From positions 243,271 through 307,270 of the forward strand of contig CAJINV010000012.1 in assembly GCA_905178155.1 (NCBI GenBank): a stretch of DNA of 64,000 nucleotides, read 5' to 3'. Each line of letters starts with the position of its first letter. Positions within the stretch are counted from its first letter, which is position 1. This document shows positions 12,101 through 23,000 of the stretch, piece by piece. Below the pieces are notes generated by a model that saw only the letters and a program-made list of their open reading frames with translations, was not told where the DNA came from and did no database searches. Made by a program: the position numbers and the translations under genes. Source of the DNA: Amoebophrya sp. A120. Lineage: Eukaryota > Protista > Dinoflagellata.

Positions 12101-13663
12101 ATTGCCGAAAGCATCGCCGTCGAACATCTCCACCTCGGGCAGAGCTTCGTTGCTCAGGCCAGGCTGAAGATTCGTGCTGCTGTGAAGATTTTCCGTGCCT
12201 GCGGGTGTGGCTTGCTGCTGCTGTTCTTGGTAAGCAGAGTCCTGCTGTTGATGTGCGGGAGCTCCTTGATGTTGGAGGTTCATTTGTTCACCTGCGTGCT
12301 GCTGCGGCTGGCCTGCAAGAACAGGTGGCCCCCCAGAAGCCGTGGTTGTTTGAGGACTCAACCCGCCCTGTTGTTGCTGTAGCAAGACCTGTTGCTGTTG
12401 TTTTTCCAGCTGCTGCTGCATAATCGCATCTTCGCTCAGCAGCTCGAGCTCCTGCTGTTGCCCAGAAGATGCCGCAGCCTGCTGTTGCTGCTGTTCCCGC
12501 ACGATGGTTGCCGGGTCCACAAACTGCTCCGGATAGCCACCTTGTTGTTGGCCTGCTCCCACAGAATTCTCATGCGTAGAAGTTGTCGGGGGAAGTACCT
12601 GATCCGACGGAGGAACTGCTCCACCTGCTGCGATCGGCATGCCAGTAGCCGGATCAACTGCAGGAGCGCTAGGAATACCACCCGCAGGAGGTGGAATCGC
12701 TGCGGGATCGTAAATCGTGTCTTGCTGCTGTCCAGTGGCGGCCTGGACTTGGTTTTGCAGCAGCTCACCTTGTTGGTGGTGCTGCTGTTCCTGTTGTTGC
12801 TGCATCATCTGGTCTTGGTGTTGCATTTGCTCAATGTGCTCGACGTTGTTCCCCGTTGGAGGAACATTTCCACCGCCAGCAGCGTCATTCACCCCTGGTA
12901 TACTAGCTGCGGGGTCCTGCTGTTGATACAACTGCTGAGTTGGTATAGCGCCGGCAGCTCCAGCTGCGCCCTGTAGCTGCTCTTGTTGCTGCTGGTAGTT
13001 GTACTGTAACTGCTGTTGCCCAACAGCTCCTGCCCCTCCAATGGGATTGGGCATCTGTTGCTGCGGTTGCCCTTGCGGGGGAATCATGTCAGGGGGAGGG
13101 TTCTGCTGTTGCTGCTGGTAATTATTGTTGTACAGCTGCTGTTGCTGCTGCATCGGAATCTGGTTGGCGCCCACTCCTGGAATCATTCCCGCACCTCCAA
13201 CAGGTTGCTGCTGTACTCCGCCTGCTGGCGGAGGAATCCCACCACTTCCGACATAATTCGGATTGTTAATATTCGGATAGTACGACCCACCAGGAGCAGC
13301 CATTCCCGGATTGATGCCTCCTGACGGCGGTTGTCCTACTCCTCCCGGCTGAAGATTCATCTGGGGTGGCATCTGCTGCTGTCCTTGGCCTTGCTGCAGC
13401 ATTGTAGGTTGTTGCTGCTGCTGTCCCTGTCCTCCGCCAACTCCACTACCCAAATTCATTCCACCACCAGCACCACCGCCCAAAGGAACGCCACCACCTT
13501 GCGGTTGTACCACACCCGGCGGCGGGCTCGCCGTGGTGGTCGGAACTGGCCGGGGAGGCTGCTGTGCGTTCTGGCGGTTGTGCCCAATAATCGCGTGGAC
13601 GGAATGGAGGAGAAAAGTGGATGCGGAAAGTAGACCGGTAAGGAAATAAAGTCGACTTCTCAT
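9116..13663 (-). CDS. Q/G/P-rich predicted type I membrane protein with cytoplasmic coiled coil (ORF stays open upstream to 14182; 3' end approximate)
   Basis: Signal-peptide-like MRSRLYFLTGLLSASTFLLHSVHA at 13663; long polyQ-rich exon; GT-AG introns 11174-11389 and 10073-10328 plus 4 introners join in frame to a TM segment (VAVFYLAVLFLWFNFWFL) and heptads (VETLKSQNSLLQQQLNQMEQRYKQLLQQVE). Confidence 0.7.
9222..9378. mobile_element. Introner, family A
   Basis: tatgcactgcaaaag...cttttgcagtgcata; DR tcatg. Confidence 0.9.
9645..9978. mobile_element. Introner, diverged family B
   Basis: tatcaaaatg...catttgcaatggata; DR cttgg/tttgg. Confidence 0.8.
10499..10759. mobile_element. Introner, family B
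   Basis: tatcaactgcaaaagtgtctgggtctgg...ccagacccagacatttttgcatttgata; DR actgg. Confidence 0.9.
10814..10964. mobile_element. Introner, family D (151 bp)
   Basis: tatgcaatgtaaatttcccg...cgggaaatttactgtggata; DR actgc. Confidence 0.9.
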
Positions 13664-15107
13664 TGTTGTTGTTTTTCCGTTTTTTGTGTGATATGAGGAA
13701 AAGGAACTCACCTTGTTCCCTGAAAGTCGGCTCCTCTGCGAGGACGTCGTGAGGCTGCGTGGTCGGTGGCGTCGTTTATTTTTTACTGGCATAAAAACAG
13801 CGACTTTTGTACTGCGTTCTTGATCTTGCCTTCGTCCCGAAGATTTCTTCGCATGACAGGTTCGTCGCTGCGCCACTGCAGACGGAGTTCGTCGGCCGGG
13901 ATGTAAGCTCGGGGCATTAGAAATTGTACTACAGCCACCTTCGAAGGTTTTTCTTATTTCCGCAGGTTGTTGTATCCTCGCTTCGCTGTCGCTAGTTTGT
14001 CTTGATGTAGTTGCGGATCTTCCTCCCGTTGAAAACTCCGTCATTGGATGAGAAATGTCGTCGCAAGTAGAACTTCTGTCGCAGCTATTCTGCTGTGTAC
14101 AACCCCCTGACGGAGCAGGAGATGGAGAAACAGCGGCTGCGCCGTCAACAAGAACGGACAAGGGAGTCGTTGTTGAATCCATTTTCTTGGCTTTGACAAG
14201 TTCGTACTCCCTGCTGTAGTTCCTCTATCTCTACGTCGCTTTCTCTACTACTCTCGTCGGGTCGTGCCAAGTTCTTGTACTAGGCCAAGTAGTACCAGGG
14301 CGGCGCCTTCTACTACTGTGCTGTCACTGGTAAATCTTTGTAAGGTTACAGTGAAAATAGAACTAGCCTGTTTCACCTTGACCTTTTTCTTTTTCGGACT
14401 ATGATGTTGGAAGTACTAAGTCGCGTAGAGGCTTTAGCGAACAACCTCAAAACCAAAATCTAAGCCATACATCAAAGTCGGTAATGGTAAAAATCAAGTT
14501 GAGATGAAATATGGTGTTGAAAGAAAGCGCGTCTTTGTGTCGGAACTTTAGCTACTTCATCACAACACTGTAGGTGCACGTGTAGAGAAATCGTTGATAG
14601 GTATAATGAATTGATAGCGCCGGGGGCGCGGCTCGTGGTCTCTCAAATGATTGAAACTTGAGAAAGTTGTGTATGCATAGACATAGATTGAATTCTTTCC
14701 CTAACGTTCTTCAGCCTTGCAGGTCCTACCACTTGTTCCTACTGCATTTCGAGGATCTTCCTTTTTGATTTTGGCATATCTTCCAGCGAGGAATTTCGAT
14801 CTGTTTATTGGAACATCAAGAATGCCACGGAAAAATCTTTTACAGGTGACTTCTTAACGTTAACGACCGAGGAAAGCAGCGCGACGTGGACACGTACACG
14901 TTGAAACATTTTGCTCTCATACATTTGTTCTTCCGCAGGTGAAGGCGCCAAGATTCTGTCAACATCGTACAACAAAAAATTACACTCGATCATCACGTAG
15001 AATCTGTCCACTCAACACAGCACCCAGCAGTCAAATGTGTTTTGTTTGGAAAAGAAAACATAGTAGTGTTGTATCTATTCTTTCAACATATTCTACAAAA
15101 AAAATAC

Positions 15108-18100
15108 TCAGCAATTCTCCCGACAGCCCTTCAGTGGAATAATTCCCTCGTCGCCCCGCTCCCCGTGAACCAAGTAGCCCAGCTTCATTGTCTTTTCAGA
15201 TTTTTTTCCGATAGTACTAGGACTACCGTTCTTGGGTAGCAAAGAACTCTTCCCGACCACAGTAGGAGCCACACTTTGTTCAACATCCTTACCAGGTACA
15301 ACAGTTGCAGGCTCTGGGTCCTCGACGTGCTGCGCCCCGTCGTCCGTGTGGTCGTCCATAGCTCTTGTAGTGCTCTTCTTGTCCACGTTGCCAACATCTT
15401 CTGCCCCGTAGTTGTACACCCTCGCGACGTCCACATACTCGGAATTGATAAACCCGAGTCGTGGATGGTTTTTCGAACGATCGCGGCCCGCACCTCCGTG
15501 TACGGCATTCGATAATGAAGACTCCACCTGGTACTGCTCTCCTCCCCCATGCTGATCATCGCCGCTCAAAAACTGGTATCCTGTGCAAAAGTATCGCACT
15601 CGTCGTAATCGCAGTCATGCATTACAAATCTAGTTCCCAAGGCAAATCAGCATGACAAATTCATTTGTCATGCTGAGCGAATTTGTATTGCAATTACTAC
15701 TAGTACGGTACTTTTGCAAACCATAACTGGAACACAGTCGCGAACTTGCGCAGAAACGGCATGCCCAGAATCAAAAGCGGTCCCCGCCCGGTGTCCTCGG
15801 GGCCGTCCATGAAGTGCAGCCAACAGTAGTCTTTCCTGAGTGAAAATGTCCTCACACGAGAGGCAAGATGGGAAATCCGCTGGACAAATCCACAAGCCTT
15901 GGCTGTTTTGCATGACAAATTTGGACTCGCAGCGTAGTGCTGTTTAAGCTAGCTCAGCACCAGCATCAAAGGTCTAGTATATCATGCTGATTGGAGCATT
16001 ACAAATTCCAAAACACAACTAGAAAATGCGTCTCATGTTGGGGCTCCGCATGAGAAACATTTTCAGCATGCAGATTTGCATTGCAACTATCGGGTGGGGA
16101 CGTTTTTACTCAGGATATAGTCCTTCCCGTCCTCACTCGCCCGGTCCATGTAGTCCTTGTCTTGCAGCTATCCACAGTAAATTTCCCGTACACGTGCAAA
16201 TGCAGTCTCTGCATGACAAAACTTGCCTTCAGTCCTGGTCTAGCATGACAAGTTGGACTCTGCATGTTAGCGAAATTTGTCATGCATTTTGTACATGTAC
16301 GGGAAATCTGTATTGCATAGCAGCGAGAACTCGTAGGGAATGTTGTTTTCGCCCCGGATGACAAAGCCCAGGTCCGGAAAGGAATCGATGTTCGTGCAGT
16401 CGTTGTCATCGGAAGCGTAGTTCAGCCCTTGCCGCACTTTTTTCACGATTTCCTTCGGACCCAGGATGACAGAAGAACCGGAATCAATCACCGCCTGGCA
16501 GTATGGACAGCAAAGCAAAGTACTAATCTTTTTTTGTGTTGCAACCACATGGCATGAGAAATGACAAATCCACTTTTAAAAATACCTGACTTTGCATGGG
16601 AAAACAAGTTTCCTTTCATCTGGAAAAATTTGCATATGCAGGGGCAGAAATACTTGCACGTAGAAGTACATCTACGTTGTCGAAGATTATACTTTGCAAC
16701 GCATAGGCAGCAGGTTGGGCAGTCGCAGTCGAAGCCAAGTGGCTTTCCGCCAATTGTCAGGTCCTCGATCTTCAGCTGCCAGTAGCCCGGATTTGTCACC
16801 GGCGTGAAGATGATGCGGTCGTCGAAGGAAGCAGCAGCTCCTCTAGTATTCCCCGGCGAGTTCAAATTGTCCATGCTCTTCACCAAGTTCACCAACTCGC
16901 CCAAGCTGGCGTTTTCCAGATTTTCCAGTGTCTTTTGGTTTTCCAAATCCTGCTTCAACGCGATTTTTCGCGGGTTTTCGTTTTGGGCAGTGTTGCTTGC
17001 ATGCTGGTGCTGTCCACGACCCGCAGCTGGTGGAATCAGTGGCGGAACCTTCCCGAACTCCAACACCGCCGGCGCGTCCACAGATTTCGGCCCGAGGTAC
17101 ATGCTGAAGAGTGGGAGGACTGCGTGAGCTTCTTGTTGTGCACCAGATGATGAAGTTGATGCTCTCTTTTCAGTCTTCTTCTGTTCTTGTTCCCCCTTCC
17201 ACCACTTTAGCAGAAAGGATTCGTTCTCCCCGAACGAAATGTCCGGGAGGCTCAGGCCCATATCAAATGCAAATATGTCTGGGTCTGGAAGTAGAGTGTA
17301 AGCTTGTCATGCAGGATTTCCATGACTCGTGAGGTCTGGAATGCGAGACCTAGCATGACAGAGTCTGTGAGGTCTCTGCCATGCCTATCCTGCATGAGAA
17401 ACTCCCTGCAAACTTGGTCGAAAGTGGACACCTTTTGGCACTCATGCAACACAGATTTATGCATGATTCAGATTTAGCATGACAAGTTGCAATCTTCCAG
17501 ACCCAGACATTTTTACAATCCATAGCCCAACACCGCCCCCCATCTCGTTTCGTTTTTCGGAAACACATCTTTGTCCTTCTCCACCGCTAGGAAGTGAAAA
17601 TCCGGCACGCAGGAGGCTGGATTCTCCGGTTCGAAGCAGAGCGCGTCCTTGGTGAACTGGCCGAAGACGGAGCCAGAGGCGAAGTTCATGCGGACTTGGT
17701 AGTCTTTGGTCGTGCTCGCGGAAGTAGCGATATTAGCAGGGGTCGTGCCAGTACTAGTTGACGATGCTGATGCCACCTTGCGGCCCGATTGTTCCTTCTG
17801 GGAACCAAGTTTGCCATGCGCATCTTCCTGGACCTCGTGGACTGTGTTCTGGTTCTGTGAGTCTGTGGCCTCTCGTTCTTGTCCTCCTCCGCTGCCATGC
17901 TTCCTCTTGTCCTTCTTGACTAGAAAGTTCGTGACGTTGAGAAACTTTTTCTGGTCCCCGGAAATCAGACCTTTCGAGAAATCAATCGCGAGGATATTAT
18001 TCTTTGCTTCACCTTGTTCGGCTTCCTCGTCTACTCCCGTAGAGGTAGAGGCTCTTGCAGGAGTACCTCTATACTGGTTCGCCATGCTTGCTGCGGCGAC

Positions 18101-18951
18101 GGCAGAAGAATAAGGCCGCACAGCTCCACGATCTAGCTCGTACCGCGGGTGCACTTTGCACGAGTCCGAGTCGCATTTGGTACTCGGGTATGCATTTTTG
18201 CAAAAGTACTACGTAGATGTAGAACTAATAGCATCACAAATTTATTTGCCACGAAGAAAAGTAGAATTTGTATATGCTGATTTAGATTTACCTAAGATGG
18301 CAGATCTGTCGTGCATCACTTCAATCACTACCGGCACGATACTTTTGCAATGCATATCGGAAGGAAAAACTCGCCACTGCCGGTGTCGAAAAGGACGCGA
18401 ACTTTCAGCTGCTGATGTTGGCCCAGGTACATGTCCCCCGAGTAGTCGATGGCGTGTAGCTGGTACGTCTTCTCCATTTCCAGCTTTTGCTGGAGCAGGG
18501 ACTTGTTTCTCTTCGTCCTGTGCGTGATGGAGGTCCCAGTACTAGTGGCGCTATCTGTTTGACGTCCGCGGGCCAGTTTCAGTTTGTCCCGGTCTGCGGC
18601 GAAAAATTCCGCTGTGGTCGCACTGCGGTAGGACTTGTTTAGAAAGATCTTGAACCCAGAAGCAAGAGGAGACGGCCTGAGGAAAAGTGACGCAATACAC
18701 ATCGCAGACCACAAGAACCTCACTTGGCCGGCGATGCGCCGAGCCGCAACACCATATGGCCCCCGACGACTGGCGCCCATCATTCCTCTTGGCGGACCAA
18801 GGAGGTCAGTAGCTGAACAGGCCATCCTCCGAAGCACCGACAAGGTGAAAAGGGGACGAGACGACGGATTGACTCCGTGGAAAACACGGACACCCTTTGA
18901 TGTCTTGCTGCTCCTCTTGGTCGGTATTCTGGCAGCTCCTGCGCCGCTCAA
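15108..18951 (-). CDS. Pepsin-family (A1) aspartic protease with N-terminal signal/anchor; 6 introner introns; start uncertain
   Basis: Spliced: VLFDTGSGEFFLPSTKCDSDSCKVHPRY...GAVLGLSLP...GYWQLKIEDLTIGG...CQAVIDSGSSVILGP...LILGMPFLRKFATVF...RLGF; both catalytic Asp motifs present. Confidence 0.9.
15577..15725. mobile_element. Introner, family A
   Basis: tatcctgtgcaaaag...cttttgcaaaccata; DR actgg. Confidence 0.9.
15832..16117. mobile_element. Introner, family C (~280 bp)
   Basis: tttcctgagtgaaaatgtcc...ggacgtttttactcaggata; DR tagtc. Confidence 0.85.
16169..16319. mobile_element. Introner, family D, opposite orientation to 10814 and 24272 copies
   Basis: tatccacagtaaatttcccg...tattgcata; DR gcagc. 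Confidence 0.9.
16502..16705. mobile_element. Introner
   Basis: tatggacagcaaag...ctttgcaacgcata; DR ggcag; restores CCQAVIDSG. Confidence 0.85.
17261..17524. mobile_element. Introner, family B
   Basis: DR gccca; restores GAVLGLSLP. Confidence 0.9.
18189..18356. mobile_element. Introner, family A-like
   Basis: DR tcggg/tcgga; restores FLPSTKC. Confidence 0.85.
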
Positions 18952-20042
18952 GACAACGCAGTCATGGAGGTTCTTCGTACCACAAAAGTACCCAGTAGCG
19001 GAGAATCTTTTTGCGTTTCACGTCTCCAACAAGCCACCTGAAACAGGAAAGGATTTCTTCTTTCGGCAGCAGACGGTATCGACCGCGAAGTATCGGCCTG
19101 GCGGTTCATCATGTGTTTCACTTTCAACGTCGATCGATACAACGCCGGTCCATTTTTTCGTTCAATAGCAATACTAGAGAGAGTTTTTGAATTCATGAAG
19201 CAACTTCGCAAGACGACGACATAATGGAAACAAGAATGGCAAGTCGACCCAGCGACCTGCTGGCACTCGCACTCTGCGGTTCCTGCATTGAAGTCGGAAG
19301 AAGTAGAACACAGCGAACTCACAAGCATGTGGGTCTGCTCTGTATTGCAGGCAGTCTCCGGCTCCGCCGTTTGCATACGCGCACGCTGGTCTTGGTGAGC
19401 CTTGTTGGAATTTGAGTTTGTTACTCTAAAATGTAAAGTATTCAGCTTTCATTATTGGATGTTGTCGTCTCAGTCCTTTTTTCCCACTCTAGTGGCTCTG
19501 TGTGCTAGAAAGAGTTTCTCATGAAAAAGAACAAAACCACTCGAGGAAAACGAAAGTCGTTATGATCCTAGTAGCAAAAAAGCTATAATCGAAGTTCTTC
19601 ACAGAAATCTGTACGGTGAAAGAAATAGGTGCTATTCTTCTATTGTCTCCCTTATGAAAAATCAATCCCCATGGTGAAAGGTCTCTGGTGCGCAAAGCAA
19701 CAGATTCCTACTCCTACTACGGGAATATCACAACGATAGAACGTGGACATGTATCACATAGCGTATAGCGTACTTTCCGTACGCATTTTGATTTTCAAGC
19801 GGTTCTATATCAACCTTCGTAAAATACAATCAGCTCCACTTGATCTTGATCATACATAGAAACAAGCGGTAATTAAATTTGATTGGGATATTAGAGATCA
19901 TACGACTGATAAGATATCAACAGACGCATAATTTCACCTGGTTCCAATTCGCGCCTGGACGTCGACGATATTTGGATGTAGAGAAGATAGTCTTGAAAAA
20001 ACGACGACAACTTCTCCGCATACAGTATCACTCGTCCAGACT

Positions 20043-23000
20043 TTATGAGGATCAGCTCATCACGCGCACGCCGGCTTTCCCAAACTGCCAATCGGGCGAG
20101 CGGGTGTTCCACTTACAGGGCAGGGAATCGGTGTATGGGTTCTCAAACAGCTCGTGAAGTTCCCGGACGACGGACATGTCGCCCTGTTCCGCAGCTTCGT
20201 AGGCCAACACCATTTTTTATCCACAGTAAACTCAACACCGTAGTACACGACGTTACGTACCAGTGCGCTTTCATCTGCATGACAAAAATACTGCCAGCAA
20301 GAGCCCTACGTATACAGGAGCATGACAAGCCTTTTTTACACCCTGAAGTTGCCGAACTTTGTGATGCATCTGGTACATACGTTTACGTGTTGTACAGGAA
20401 ATTTGTATTGCATATCATCCAGTTGCGCGGGATTACTGCGGGGGAGGTCGCTTTCATCTCGGCTACAATTGGTTTCTCACTGTTGTTTTTGTTCACCTTC
20501 TTCACCATTTCTGTCCAGTCGTCCAGCCACTTCCTGCTATGCATTGCAAAAGTATCGTATTCGTATAAATGCATTACAAATTTCCTCAGCATGGAAAATA
20601 AAATTTGTAATGGTGATTTACCTTAAGTAACGCATGACTGCAATACGAGTACGATACTTTTGCACAGGATACCTACAGTTTGGTGACAATTTGGATCCCG
20701 TTGAGGAGCTGCCCGTCGTGCTGGTACTACTACCCGCGTCGGATTGGAAATTCTTGTAGTAAAACGCATTTTTGAAAATCACGTCGGCGTTTGCAGCGGT
20801 GTTTTTCCCGAAGTTTTCGTCCAAAGCGAGATTCGACAAGGCCCGGAAGAAGTGCGTGAAGTCCAGCTATCGTAAGGAAAAATCCCCCATCCCCATATCA
20901 AAAAAGTACGCCTCAGAAAATTTGTAATGCTGATTTGTGACCACAAGTCTTTTTGTCTTGCAAGAAGGCAGCTGTGGAGTCTCCGCCGCATCACGCGGGC
21001 GGTTTGTGATGCTGCTTGGGCTACAGCATAGACATTTGTGATGCTAAGCGTCCACGTCAGAGACAAGCTCGGCACTCAGGCACGGCATAAGTTGCCTGCA
21101 GTCCTCTACTGCAAGACAGCTCTGATTTGTTTGCGCACATCCAGCATCAGAAACTTCGTTTTGATATGCGGAGGGAGGATTTTTCCTTTTGATACCAGCT
21201 TGTCTTTCTCCATTACTGTTTCCAACGCCTCGTAGAGCTTCAAACAGTCGTCGTTCCACGATTCCAGACCCAATTTCTTGCGGCAATTTTCGTAGTGGTT
21301 TTTTTTCCACATCTCCGGGTACCCTTGCAACAGCTTCTGCATCTTTTCGATGAGCGACTCCTGCTTTTTCTCGTCGTTCGCAAACACCGCTACCATCGCC
21401 TGACACAGCGTCATCAGATATGACAATGCACAACTCCCCCTCCCCCTCATTTGTCATGCAAAATCCCAAATCCAGTCGCTGCCCTGTGGCACTGTCTGCA
21501 TGACAACTTTCGAAAGCCCAAAGAACAGTAGAAGTACTACGGTAGGCACGAGCATAAATTTGTCTTGCACAGGCTCCAGGGTCGATAGGTCGTGCAATAC
21601 AAATGAGGGGGAGGGGGAGTTGTGCAGTGTCATATCAGAATCACCTGCCCGGCCAGCGGCTGGTTTTTGTACGCAAACTTGCCCTATGCATTGCAAATAT
21701 GTCTGGGTCCGGAAACTTGTGATGGTGGTTGGACAAAGAGGAGCACGCCTCAATTGGCTGCCGAGCATGACAAGTTTTGGAGATACTGCAGTGTTGTACA
21801 TTCTGCATGACAAACTGGGCTTCTGCATGACAGAAAGCAAGTGCTTTTGGGTGATCTGCATGACAAACCTGAGAAACATGCTAACAGAGCATGACAAACC
21901 TTTCATCTTTCCAGACCCGGACATATTTGCATTTGATATGCCCTCCATGTCGCCCTCCCAGATCTGCTGCATCCGGTTGTACTCCTCCAGCATGTATCCT
22001 TTGCAAAAGCATCGCACTCGTACAATTGGAATTGCAGCTAAGCATGACAAATTTTTTTCCCAGGCTAAATCAGCATGACAAATTCCCTTTGTGGTCATGC
22101 TGCGAGAATTTGTATTGCAATTACTACTAGTACGATTCTTTTGCATTCCATAGCATGCCGAAGGGGCCGAAGTCCATCGTCCGCCCGCACAGCAAGGCGT
22201 ATTGTGAGGAAAAACGTCCCCACCCCGGAGTTGGCATGCAAATACGCATGCTTCAAATGTTTCTCATGCGCAACCCCATGAGAAGACGCGTTTTCTAGTG
22301 CTGTTTCGGAATTTGTGATGCACGAATCAGCATGATAGGGAAGGTCTGCAATGCTGCTGAACTAGCTAAACAGGATTACAGGAGGAGGCCAAATCTGTCA
22401 TGCGAAACAGCCAAAGCTGGTTGATGATTTGTGTAGCAGATTCCCCATCTTGAGTCTGGGGTGGGGACGTTTTTACATGGGATAAGGCGTTGTCGTTGTT
22501 CATGTTGCCCTGGATGTACCCCACCCGTAGCCACTCCGTGTGCAGCTTCGCCTGGCGCTGGGCAAAAATCTCGATCATCTTGAAAATCAAATCCACCGAA
22601 AGCTGATCCCCATGCTCGTCGTCGTTCCCCGAAGGCAGGAGGTGGTTGATTTCGGTATCAAATGTAAAAATGTCTGGGTCTGGAAGAATGCATGTTTGTC
22701 ATGCTTGTCTGGCATGACTCCTAAATCTGTCATGCACATTGCCCAAGAGACGTTTTTTTCTGTCATGCGGAGACGCAGTTTGTCATGCAGAATAGGCAAC
22801 ACCTACAAGGGCTCAGAAATTTGTCATGCTGAGCCAGCACTTGTGGCCTCCTCATGCTACGCCACTCAGCATCACAAGTTTCCAGACCCAGACATTTTTA
22901 CATTTGATATTCGGGAAAGTCGCGCAAAATTGCGAACTTCACGATTTGTACCAGTTCGTGGTTTATGGATTGCAAAAATGTCTGGGTCTGGAATGTTGCC

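Noticed and set aside
11837-13633. Leu/Cys-rich plus-strand ORFs
   Set aside because: Antisense shadows of CAG/CAA codons in the Q-rich gene.
19075-19115. Candidate SECIS (ATGA...CGAT hairpin on minus strand)
   Set aside because: Stem too short, no apical AA, and it is ~950 nt from the SelO stop, close to the next gene's 5' region.
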